IMG/VR virus record: IMGVR_UViG_3300020042_011085 | Coordinates: 1-30,949 of that record | Strand: one strand, 5' to 3' | Length of the DNA stretch: 30,949 nucleotides | Source of the DNA: a virus | Taxonomy: Duplodnaviria > Caudoviricetes | In this document: in pieces, positions 1 through 8,845 of the stretch | Numbering within the stretch: position 1 is the stretch's first letter | How the letters are laid out: the number at the start of each line of letters is the position of its first letter | Program-made: the position numbers and the translations under genes | The notes under the pieces: model-generated | The model's database searches: none | Seen by the model: only the letters and a program-made list of their open reading frames with translations | Told to the model about the DNA's origin: nothing

Positions 1-508
1 AACTGGTACCAATGTTAACGTTTGCGCCTACGTTTAAGATAGCGTATGCATTAATCGTATTGGTGGTAATACCAGTCGAAGTCAGATAGGTATTAACTGT
101 ACTGTTACCGATACTTAAGTACGAGGTGCCTAAGTTAACATTGGCCCCCACGTTTAGAATATTGGATAGGTTAGCAGTATTGGTGTTAATACCAGAAGAT
201 GTCAGGTAGGTATTAACCGTACTGTTACCAACGTTAATGTAAGTGGTAGTCAGGTTGACGTTAGCACCAACGTTAAGTTGGGTGGCAACGTTTGCATACG
301 TTACTGAAACGTTAGGTGTTGTAAATCCTTCACCGGTTATAACAGTATTAACGGTGCTATTACCTACACTGATCTGGGTGGTGCTCAGGTTAACGTTAGC
401 ACCTACATTAACTGCAGAACTTAAATTGGCTGTAGTTGATGAGACTAAGGTAGCCGTAATAATTGAGTTACCGCTTGCATTACCAACATTAATCTGGGAG
501 GCAGTAAT
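1..508 (-). CDS. Out-of-frame continuation (partial, runs off the window) of the long beta-repeat fibre gene 445..4755
   Basis: Reading from 508 down to 2 gives a stop-free frame of 169 codons: ITASQINVGNASGNSIITATLVSSTTANLSSAVNVGANVNLSTTQISVGNSTVNTVITG...LNVGANVNLTTTYINVGNSTVNTYLTSSG...NVGANVNIGTS. This is the same repeat as upstream. It has no start codon of its own and is preceded in frame by TAG TAA, so the ORF track misses it. Confidence 0.88.
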   Translation of the reverse strand, partial: MTASQINVGNASGNSIITATLVSSTTANLSSAVNVGANVNLSTTQISVGNSTVNTVITGEGFTTPNVSVTYANVATQLNVGANVNLTTTYINVGNSTVNTYLTSSGINTNTANLSNILNVGANVNLGTSYLSIGNSTVNTYLTSTGITTNTINAYAILNVGANVNIGTS

Positions 509-3500
509 GTATTACTACCGACATTTAATTGTGTACCAACGTTGGCGTATGCTGAGAATACAACGTTACCATAAGCCGATAGTGTTCCGTTGGTGGTAAT
601 AGATTCACTGGTAATGACAGTGTTAACCGTTGTATTACCTATCTTAAGTGCAGTAGTATTAGCAGTTAAGTTTGCACCAACAAACAATACACCGGTTGCC
701 AGGTTGGCCGAGGTAGTGGTGATAACGCTTGAATTAACTACTGTATTGACAGTAGAATTACCTACAGTAACGCTTGATGTAGTTAGGCTAACGTTTGCAC
801 CTACATTGACTGCAAACGTTAGATTGGCAGTATTGCTGGTAACAGAACTACTATCAATTACAGTGTTGACTGTACTGTTACCAACGTTTATAGAACTGGT
901 GGTAAGATTTACGTTAGCACCGACGTTAACTATACCGGCAACGTTGGCGGTATTGGCAATTATGTAATCTACAGTTGCATTATTGGTGCTTAAAGAGGTA
1001 GCATTTACAACAGTATTAACCGTGCTATTACCGATTAATAATGACCCAGTAGTAACGTTTACATTAGACCCTACACCTACCCCGCTAATTACACTAACAG
1101 TATTAGTGCTTACTGATATGTTAGTAATAGTGGTATTAACGGTTGAATTACCTACGTCGATATAAGTTGTGCCTAAGTTGACATTTGCACCAACATTAAT
1201 ACCAACGGAGACGTTAGCTGTACCAGTAACGTTAGTATTACCACTTGATATAGTACCACTGGTAAATAATGCAGTTGAATTAACTGATGAATTAACAGTA
1301 CTGTTACCTACGTTAATAGTACTTGTACTGATATTAACATTAGCACCGGCATTAAATCCAGCCGAGGCATTAGCCGAACCAACTACTGTTAAGTTACCAG
1401 TGGTGGTATTGTTAGATTGGAAATCTGCAATTCTAAACGTTGCATTTGCAGTATCAATATAAGGACTTACATCTGGCTCTGGTTGATAGTTGTCAAATAC
1501 CTTCCATACCCCGTCAGATGCATCTCTAAAGAAGCCAGCATGATGATACGTACCATCGTTATAGTTACCAGCAAATCCAAGATCGGGGTTAGATACGGTG
1601 CTGCCTGAGTTTAAGTAAATTAAGTTATCTTGAACGGCCAGGCTGGTTGCATTAATGGTTACACTAGTACCTGTTACAGTTAGGTTACCAGTGATCGCTA
1701 CATTGCCGTTAAATGTTGCACTGGCCGCAGTCAATAGACCAGAAATATTAGCTGTACCAATAATGTTAGTATTATTAGCAACTAATGATCCATTAACAGT
1801 AGTATTACCTACACTTATAGTGCCCGAAGAAATACTTGTTGATGTGATTGCTGTATTAACAGTACTATTACCAACGTTAAAACTCGATGTGCTTATTTGT
1901 ACATTAGAACCTATACCAATAGAGGTTGAGTTAATAGAAGTATTAACAGTACTATTACCTACATTGATCTTTGTGGTACTTAAGTTAACGTTAGCTCCAA
2001 CATTAACAGCACTTGATACGTTGGCAGTATTAGTGGTAATTGTATCGGAGTTAATAAAAGTATTAACAGTCGAATTGCCAACGTTAATACTTGAGGTAGT
2101 TAAATTAACATTAGAACCAATATTGATTGCGGTTGCTACATTAGCTGATGCACTTATGGTAGTGTTACCAGCTACTGTTAATATACCATCGGTGTGAATC
2201 TCCCCGCTAGTAATAAACGAGTTAACTGTACTATTACCAACGTTTATTTTACTAGTAGTAAGGTTAACGTTTGCGCCAACATTGACAGCACTTGCTGCAT
2301 TAACAGTATTAGAATTAACTGCTACTGAATTAATGAACGTATTAACAGTTGAGTTGCCAACGTTAATACTAGATGTAGTTAAATTAACGTTTGCACCAAC
2401 GTTAACAGCTGACTGAACGTTTGCCGTATTTGTAGTAAGGGTAATGGAGTTAAGAACAGAGTTAACTGTTGAATTACCAATGCTTATACTACCTGTATCG
2501 ATACTTACATTTGATCCTACAGTAACGATCTGTCTGGCTGCAACATTACTAGTTGCAATTAATGTAGGAGTAATGGCAGTGTTGTTGGTGGTGTTACCAA
2601 CGTAGATCTGGGTGGTATTCACATTGATATCATTACCAACGTTAATACCTACTGTAACATTGGCAACCCCGGTTATAAACGTGTTGCCGCCTGTTATAAT
2701 ACCACTTGTAAATATAGAATTAGAGGTAAGCGCAGTATTAACAGTACTATTACCAATGAATAGTTTACCGGTATCTAGCGTAACATTTGATCCTACATTA
2801 ACACCAACAGTAACGTTTGATGTACCAGTAACATTGGTATTACCGCTTGTAATTGTACCGCTGGTAAATACTGCAGTCGAATTAAGGCTAGAGTTTACAG
2901 ATGTATTACCTATGTAAAGAGTCGTAGTGGTCAGGTGGGCATTTTGACCTACGTTCACTTCTACTGATACGTTGGATGTACTTGAAAAGGTATTACCTGA
3001 GGTAATTGTACCGCTTGTAAATAACGCAGTTGAATTAACACTAGAATTAACTGTACTGTTACCTACGTTTATAGAAGTAGTGCTCAGGTTAACATTAGCA
3101 CCAACATTTATAGTGGTTGCAACGTTAGCTGAGCCGAAAATATTAGTGTTACCTTCTACAGTCAGACCGCCATCGGTATGAATAGATGTAGAATTAATAA
3201 ACGAGTTTACTGTACTGTTACCAATGTTAATACTGGTTGTATTAATGTTAAGATTAGATCCTACATTAATTCCAACCGAGACGTTAGAGGTACCAGTTAC
3301 TGTTGTATTACCACTATTGATAACACCAGACATAACTAGCTGGTTAGATTCTACTGAAGTGTTAACTGAACTGTTACCAATCAGTAATCTAGATGTGCTT
3401 AACTGAACGTTTGCGCCTACGTTTACATAATCAGTTACGTCATTATTACCAACGACTTTAGAAATGCCAGTAACTGTTAATGTATGACCTGGGGTTGTGT

Positions 3501-4755
3501 TACTAATACCCACATTGCCATTTGAGGTAACGGTCAGTGCATTATAAGAACCATTAGATATGTTAAAGGCTCTTCCTTGACTCTTAATAGTATTCTGGCC
3601 ACCGGCAATTTCAATTGCCATGAATGCACTGTTACTGGTGGTGTCACCCCATTGTTCCAGTAACCCTGTAGGTGATATATCAGTTACTCTTACATAGGTA
3701 TTAGAATTTAACTTTAGTCTGACTGTATCTTGATTGCCAACATCCATTGTAAAGGCATCGGCTGTCTCGTCCCACAATACACTTACATTAGCCGAACTAC
3801 CTCTATTTACCTCAAACCCGGCACTCTCCGTTGGGCCATTGATATTTGGAAGATCGGCGTTAAGGGTGATAATATTATCACCTATGTTTAAACTTGTTGC
3901 ATTAATGAATGTAGTGGTGCCTTGAACGGTCAAGTTGCCAGTAATGGTAGCCGTACCGCCGATTACCACATTACCAGAAATATTGGCATTACCGGTTACG
4001 TTTGCAAACCCGTTTATGGTTGTATTACCGCCAACGATTGTGCCGCTGGTAAAAATAGAGGCAGAATTAATACTAGAGTTAACCGTGCTGTTACCAACCT
4101 TAATGGTGGTGGTGCTCAGGTTAACATTACCGCCTACATTTAGGGCTGTCGATACGTTAGCCGTACCTGTAATGTCTGTATTGCCGCCGTCAATGGTACC
4201 GGCAGTATGAATGTTGGTAGAAGTAATAGTAGAATTAACCGTACTATTACCGACATTGACTTTACTGGTTGTTATATTGACATTTGCGCCAACATTGATA
4301 TCAGATGATACATTTGCCGTACCGGTGATAAATGTATTACCACCATCGATAGTACCGGCTGTATGAATATTAGTAGATGTAATAGTAGAATTAACGGTAC
4401 TATTACCAACATTAATATTACTGGTGCCTAGGTTAACGTTTGCACCAACGTTGACTGCGACTACTACGTTCGCAGTCCCATCGATATAGGTATTACCGGC
4501 ATCCAGGACGCCATCGGTGTGGAGGGTGGTGGAGGTAATAGTTGTATTAACAGTAGAGTTACCTACATTAATACTGGTTGTGGTTAGATTAACATTTGCA
4601 CCAACGTTAATACCTGACGATGCATTAGCCGTGCCGGTAATAGTAGTATTACCTACAGCTAGTGTATTTGCAGTTATATTGCCGTTTGCATCCAGTATAC
4701 TGACTGGTGCTGATCCAACGGAAAGGCCAAGCCTTGCGTTAAACTTTGTTGCCAT
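445..4755 (-). CDS. Very long N/S/T/V/G-rich repeat tail-fibre-like structural protein (true C-terminus lies beyond a frameshift near 510)
   Basis: About 22 copies of an ANV..x.NVG[AS]NVNL[TS]T..IxVGN[ST]TVN repeat. Carries fibre modules GNLTVQGTTTFIN..LNIGDNIITLN...GFEVNRG...LWDE and NPDLGFAGNYNDG..HAGFFRDASDG. Lies in a tail/baseplate cluster. The last ~22 aa (LLPPRLMLVMQAVTQLLRLP) do not fit the repeat. Confidence 0.85.
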   Translation of the reverse strand: MATKFNARLGLSVGSAPVSILDANGNITANTLAVGNTTITGTANASSGINVGANVNLTTTSINVGNSTVNTTITSTTLHTDGVLDAGNTYIDGTANVVVAVNVGANVNLGTSNINVGNSTVNSTITSTNIHTAGTIDGGNTFITGTANVSSDINVGANVNITTSKVNVGNSTVNSTITSTNIHTAGTIDGGNTDITGTANVSTALNVGGNVNLSTTTIKVGNSTVNSSINSASIFTSGTIVGGNTTINGFANVTGNANISGNVVIGGTATITGNLTVQGTTTFINATSLNIGDNIITLNADLPNINGPTESAGFEVNRGSSANVSVLWDETADAFTMDVGNQDTVRLKLNSNTYVRVTDISPTGLLEQWGDTTSNSAFMAIEIAGGQNTIKSQGRAFNISNGSYNALTVTSNGNVGISNTTPGHTLTVTGISKVVGNNDVTDYVNVGANVQLSTSRLLIGNSSVNTSVESNQLVMSGVINSGNTTVTGTSNVSVGINVGSNLNINTTSINIGNSTVNSFINSTSIHTDGGLTVEGNTNIFGSANVATTINVGANVNLSTTSINVGNSTVNSSVNSTALFTSGTITSGNTFSSTSNVSVEVNVGQNAHLTTTTLYIGNTSVNSSLNSTAVFTSGTITSGNTNVTGTSNVTVGVNVGSNVTLDTGKLFIGNSTVNTALTSNSIFTSGIITGGNTFITGVANVTVGINVGNDINVNTTQIYVGNTTNNTAITPTLIATSNVAARQIVTVGSNVSIDTGSISIGNSTVNSVLNSITLTTNTANVQSAVNVGANVNLTTSSINVGNSTVNTFINSVAVNSNTVNAASAVNVGANVNLTTSKINVGNSTVNSFITSGEIHTDGILTVAGNTTISASANVATAINIGSNVNLTTSSINVGNSTVNTFINSDTITTNTANVSSAVNVGANVNLSTTKINVGNSTVNTSINSTSIGIGSNVQISTSSFNVGNSTVNTAITSTSISSGTISVGNTTVNGSLVANNTNIIGTANISGLLTAASATFNGNVAITGNLTVTGTSVTINATSLAVQDNLIYLNSGSTVSNPDLGFAGNYNDGTYHHAGFFRDASDGVWKVFDNYQPEPDVSPYIDTANATFRIADFQSNNTTTGNLTVVGSANASAGFNAGANVNISTSTINVGNSTVNSSVNSTALFTSGTISSGNTNVTGTANVSVGINVGANVNLGTTYIDVGNSTVNTTITNISVSTNTVSVISGVGVGSNVNVTTGSLLIGNSTVNTVVNATSLSTNNATVDYIIANTANVAGIVNVGANVNLTTSSINVGNSTVNTVIDSSSVTSNTANLTFAVNVGANVSLTTSSVTVGNSTVNTVVNSSVITTTSANLATGVLFVGANLTANTTALKIGNTTVNTVITSESITTNGTLSAYGNVVFSAYANVGTQLNVGSNTLLPPRLMLVMQAVTQLLRLP

Positions 4756-4796
4756 CTAGGTTCCCATTTCCCCTAGGCCTTGCGGCCGAATTGTTA
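4756..4796 (-). promoter_or_regulatory. Structured 5' leader/RBS: GGCC-GCAA-GGCC hairpin overlapping a CTAGG-[GGAAATGGGAA]-CCTAG hairpin directly before the ATG
   Basis: Minus strand reads TAA CAATTC GGCC GCAA GGCC TAGG GGAAATGGGAA CCTAG ATG. The same architecture occurs at 15392..15431. Confidence 0.55.
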
Positions 4797-7700
4797 TTAT
4801 ACTTTAGTCAATAAGCATATTGCTTTGAAAACAGTAGAGTTAGTTGTAGCCGGTGTCACTGTTAGGTTTAGATTACCCCCGGAGTAAGTTATCCCAAATG
4901 TTCCACAATCACCTCCAATGTTGACATTACCGTATTCTGTATAGTCAGCAGTAGAACCATTATGTATAGCTAATATTTTAGTCTTCTGGTATTTAGTTCC
5001 TGTCGCATCTATGGCCTGAATAACGAACTCAGCCGAGCGGAAGGTTGCACCTGCAAATGCACCAATCACCTGATCGGCTGTGGTTGCAGTTGTAGTTAAG
5101 GTCTTAGTAGTAACAACAGTATCGGTTTGAACTTGTAGGGGTGTTGTAGAATGAACTACCCCAGTTCCTTTTGCTGATAATGTAAAGTCAACATTGGTAT
5201 CAGAACTTCCTGACCCTACTACTAAGGAAGGTGCAGTGCCAGTAGCACCACCGGTGACCTCTAGATAGTTAACAGCCGAACTAGTATGGGCTACTTTTAA
5301 CTGTCTGTGGGCACCATTGTTGGTATAGAAGTGAAACGACTCACTACCCTTGGTGTATAAGTTTAACGGAATATGAGTATCATATCCCTGAGATGAAATA
5401 ATAGGACCAGAGGTGGTTACTGCGCCTGTTAGACTTAGATAGTTAACAGCTGTAGATGTATGAGTTATTCTAACCTGTTCTACATCATTATTGGAATAGA
5501 ACTGAATTGATCCAGTACCTTTAGTGGCTACTTGTAATCCAATATTGGTATCAGCACCTGCAGTTGATAGCTTAGGTGACGTGGTGGTGTTTGCACCCGT
5601 CAATACCAGATAATTAACTATACTGGTCTGGCTGTTATCAGTTATTCTAGTAATAAGACCATTGCCGGTCTTGAGGTTAATTACCCCAGTACCCTTAGCA
5701 ACTACGTTTAGATCAACGTTGGTATCACTACCCTGGGCTGAAATAATAGGACCAGAAGTAGATATAGCACCGGTAACTTGTAAATAGTTAACAGCGGTGG
5801 AGGTATGGGTAATGTCAAACTGTTTAGTAGCACCGGCACCAGAAAAGAACGATACCCCAAAGTTACCCTTACCACTGACCTTGAGTGGGTTGCCTTCAGA
5901 TCCGGCGGCGTAAATGTATGGGCTTACCCCGGTGGCGCCACCGCCAATCTCTACACTATTAATAGCAGAAGTTACCTTGGCTACTTTTAGACTTTCAGCG
6001 CCGGCCGCCCCGCCAAGATAGGAAATATTAGTTACAACTAGAGAACCAAGCGTGGTATTATTGGCCTGGAAGTCCGCAATACGGAATGTATTGTTGGCTG
6101 TATCAATGAAAGCACTTGCATCTGGCTCAGGTACATAGTTATCAAATACCTTGAATACTCCATCGGTTGCATCTCTAAAGAAACCGGCGTGGCGGTAGGT
6201 GCCATCATTATAATTACCAGCAAAACCAAGATCGGGATTACTTACCGTACTATTGGCATTAAGATAGATCATGCTATCTTCAAGTGACAAGTTGGTTACG
6301 TTAAGTGTAATTGTATTGCCACCGACTACGAGATCGCCGTCAATCTGAACGCTACCGTATGTACGAACGTTATTGGCAGTTAAATTGGCACTGATATTTG
6401 CCGTACCAATAATGTTGGTGTTGCCCATTGACATAACACCACTGAAACTACCATTACCACCACTTAAAGTCAGTACACTTATACTGGTAGAATTGATAAA
6501 GGTATTAATTGTGCTATTACCAACATTTACGTAGGTAGTAGTCAGATTAACATTTGATCCAACGTTCAATGCACTGTTGGCATTTACAGTATTAGTGCTG
6601 ACTGTAGTTGAATTAATTACTGTATTTACAGTCGTATTGCCTGTAGTAATACTTGTAGGTGTAATGACTGTATTGGTGGTACCTGTACCTACGAATACAT
6701 TCCCAGAAGTAACCCCAGAATTAACTATACTGGTATTTACTGTACTATTACCAACGTTAAAACTTGAAGTTGTTAAATTGACGTTTGCGCCAATGTTAAC
6801 TGCGCTTATGGCATTAACTGTATTGGTGCTGACTGTTATATCTGTTATAGTAGTATTTACAGTACTATTACCAACATCGATAAAGGTGGTACCTAAATTA
6901 ACGTTGGCCCCTACGTTAATAGCCGTAGTTACGTTAGCCGTACCTGTAATATTAGTATTTCCACCGGCTATTGTACCGCTGGTAAAAATCGATGAAGAGG
7001 TAATAGTAGTATTTACGGTACTGTTACCAACAAATTGAGATGTAGTATTAATGTAAGAATTAGCACCTACCGCGACTGCAGTAGTATTGGATACTGTATT
7101 ACCAATAGTAATAGAGGTGCTATTGATAACGGTGTTGACAGTCGTGTTACCAATAAAGACTGACGTCATATTGGCATATAGATTAGCACCTACATATAAC
7201 CCTGTTGTGTTAGCAACTGTATTACCAATATCCAATGATGATTGAGTCAGTACAGAGTTGACAGTAGTATTGCCAATTTTAATAGCGGTGGTATTAGCAT
7301 TAACATTAGCGCCAACGTTTAATGCAACCGATACGTTTGCTGTACCAGTGATACTAACGTTACCAGATGATATGACCCCGGCAGTACTAAACGATGTTGA
7401 ATTGACAGCTAGGTTTACAGTCGAATTACCTACAGTAATATTTGAAGTAGTAAGTACAACGTTTGCACCTACATTTAACTGACTGGATGTCAGATAAGAA
7501 TTTACTGTACTGTTACCAACAAAGAAAGTAGTGGTGTTAATGTAGGAGTTTGCACCTACGGCCACTGTAGTAGTATTAGCTACCGTATTACCAATTACAA
7601 TAGATGTACTGTTGACAACAGCGTTAACTGTTGTATTACCAATCTTCAGGGCAGTAGTATTGGATACTACGTTAGTACTGATAGCAATAGTGGTTGTATT

Positions 7701-8435
7701 AACAACGGTATTGCCAATGGTAATAGATGTGCTGTTTAGTACAGAATTAGTAGTGCTATTGCCTACGTTAATCTGGCTGGTACTTAAGTTAACGTTTGCA
7801 CCAACGTTTACGGCACTTACAGCATTAACGGTATTGGAGTTAACTGCAATATTATTGATAAACGTGTTGACGGTAGAATTACCGACGTTTATCGAACTGG
7901 TGGATAAGTTAACGTTTGCGCCAACGTTTATTGCGGTTGATACGTTAGCCGTACCAGTGATGGTGGTATTGTTGGCTACAACCAGCGTATTACCAACATG
8001 TAGGGTAGATGTATTGGTAGTCCATCTTGAATCAGTCTCATTCCACAAGAACTGCACATTTGCATACGTTCCGCGGTTAACCTCCATACCAGAATTCTCT
8101 GATGGAGCACCAGTAACATCGGCATTAAGAACAAAGATGTTATCGCCAATGTTTAGAGTCTGGGAATTAATGTATGTTACATTACCTGAAACTGTAAGAT
8201 CGCCCCCTATTACGACGTTGCCAGAAACGTCTAAGTTAGAACCAATAGATAGAGATGTAAGATTTGTGCCGAACTCAACTATAGCCGAGCCGTTGGAGGT
8301 GTAGAGCTTCTTATCAGTTAGGTTGACCGCTAGTTCACCGGGGTAGATATACGTGCTGTTTGCAGTACTGGTGACATTGGGCGTGCGCCCGCTCACAGAC
8401 GTGCGCTTGATTTGTAATACTTTTGTGTTTGCCAT
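4797..8435 (-). CDS. Long tail-fibre-like protein (Mtd_N-like N-terminal attachment motif, beta-repeat shaft, five ~58-aa repeats, C-terminal 'SAxF...TEYG' domain)
   Basis: N-terminus LQIKRTSVSGRTP...GELAVNLTDKKLY is a common phage fibre attachment motif. About 12 GN[ST]TVN repeats, then AVNYL.[VL]TGA...P.IS..G.DTN repeats. C-terminus FRSAEFVIQA...KILAIHNG..ADYTEYG. Confidence 0.85.
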   Translation of the reverse strand: MANTKVLQIKRTSVSGRTPNVTSTANSTYIYPGELAVNLTDKKLYTSNGSAIVEFGTNLTSLSIGSNLDVSGNVVIGGDLTVSGNVTYINSQTLNIGDNIFVLNADVTGAPSENSGMEVNRGTYANVQFLWNETDSRWTTNTSTLHVGNTLVVANNTTITGTANVSTAINVGANVNLSTSSINVGNSTVNTFINNIAVNSNTVNAVSAVNVGANVNLSTSQINVGNSTTNSVLNSTSITIGNTVVNTTTIAISTNVVSNTTALKIGNTTVNAVVNSTSIVIGNTVANTTTVAVGANSYINTTTFFVGNSTVNSYLTSSQLNVGANVVLTTSNITVGNSTVNLAVNSTSFSTAGVISSGNVSITGTANVSVALNVGANVNANTTAIKIGNTTVNSVLTQSSLDIGNTVANTTGLYVGANLYANMTSVFIGNTTVNTVINSTSITIGNTVSNTTAVAVGANSYINTTSQFVGNSTVNTTITSSSIFTSGTIAGGNTNITGTANVTTAINVGANVNLGTTFIDVGNSTVNTTITDITVSTNTVNAISAVNIGANVNLTTSSFNVGNSTVNTSIVNSGVTSGNVFVGTGTTNTVITPTSITTGNTTVNTVINSTTVSTNTVNANSALNVGSNVNLTTTYVNVGNSTINTFINSTSISVLTLSGGNGSFSGVMSMGNTNIIGTANISANLTANNVRTYGSVQIDGDLVVGGNTITLNVTNLSLEDSMIYLNANSTVSNPDLGFAGNYNDGTYRHAGFFRDATDGVFKVFDNYVPEPDASAFIDTANNTFRIADFQANNTTLGSLVVTNISYLGGAAGAESLKVAKVTSAINSVEIGGGATGVSPYIYAAGSEGNPLKVSGKGNFGVSFFSGAGATKQFDITHTSTAVNYLQVTGAISTSGPIISAQGSDTNVDLNVVAKGTGVINLKTGNGLITRITDNSQTSIVNYLVLTGANTTTSPKLSTAGADTNIGLQVATKGTGSIQFYSNNDVEQVRITHTSTAVNYLSLTGAVTTSGPIISSQGYDTHIPLNLYTKGSESFHFYTNNGAHRQLKVAHTSSAVNYLEVTGGATGTAPSLVVGSGSSDTNVDFTLSAKGTGVVHSTTPLQVQTDTVVTTKTLTTTATTADQVIGAFAGATFRSAEFVIQAIDATGTKYQKTKILAIHNGSTADYTEYGNVNIGGDCGTFGITYSGGNLNLTVTPATTNSTVFKAICLLTKV
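5150..5990 (-). repeat. Five tandem ~58-aa protein repeats (THTSTAVNYLxVTGA...P...G.DTN...KGTG)
   Basis: Units begin KVTSAINSVEIGGG, THTSTAVNYLQVTGA, SQTSIVNYLVLTGA, THTSTAVNYLSLTGA and AHTSSAVNYLEVTGG. Boundaries are approximate. Confidence 0.8.
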
Positions 8436-8481
8436 TAAAGCACCCTATATAGGATTTTACTAGGTCTTATGTAAGACCATC

Positions 8482-8488
8482 TATTTAG
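8482..8488 (-). promoter_or_regulatory. Putative T4-like late promoter variant (CTAAATA)
   Basis: Plus-strand tatttag in the intergenic gap, about 46 nt upstream of the ATG at 8435. Retains the TAAATA core of the gp55 consensus TATAAATA. Confidence 0.55.
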
Positions 8489-8506
8489 GTAGTAAGTAAA
8501 ATCGAC

Positions 8507-8842
8507 TTAGAAGGTGCCCAGATCCATATTGTTGAATGATATGGTATTGGATGTAAATGCGTCGGTTACGATGACGCTATCGGGCAAACCAATGACTAGA
8601 TTGTTGTTGGCAAAGGAAACTTGCACTTCACTGGTCGTCCCACTTACCGTATGGTCTTCCCATTGACTGGTAGCTTCATTGTAAACAAAGATTGCATTAT
8701 TGGGAGACTCGTTTACATTAACGTCAAGAAGTTTACTTAAACGGCTGAAGTCATAGATCGCCGATTTTAGTGTAAATGGCGCATCTGAGGTAAGAACGGT
8801 ATCACGTTTGTTTACCGTAATAACTTGTGCTAATGTTGCCAT
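8507..8842 (-). CDS. Small conserved T4-like virion/fibre-associated protein
   Basis: Motif RLSKLLDV......NAIFVYNEATSQW and a C-terminal DLGTF (DGGxF-like), both typical of small myovirus structural proteins. Starts 3 nt after the previous stop. Confidence 0.7.
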   Translation of the reverse strand: MATLAQVITVNKRDTVLTSDAPFTLKSAIYDFSRLSKLLDVNVNESPNNAIFVYNEATSQWEDHTVSGTTSEVQVSFANNNLVIGLPDSVIVTDAFTSNTISFNNMDLGTF

Positions 8843-8845
8843 TTA

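Noticed and set aside
4776-4787. GGCC-GCAA-GGCC hairpin as an intrinsic terminator
   Set aside because: The stem is only 4 bp and there is no U-tract on the coding strand. It fits better as part of the leader element.
1400-6280. Duplicated segment as a diversity-generating retroelement template/variable pair
   Set aside because: Both copies are internal coding regions, the differences do not appear adenine-specific, and there is no reverse transcriptase in the window.
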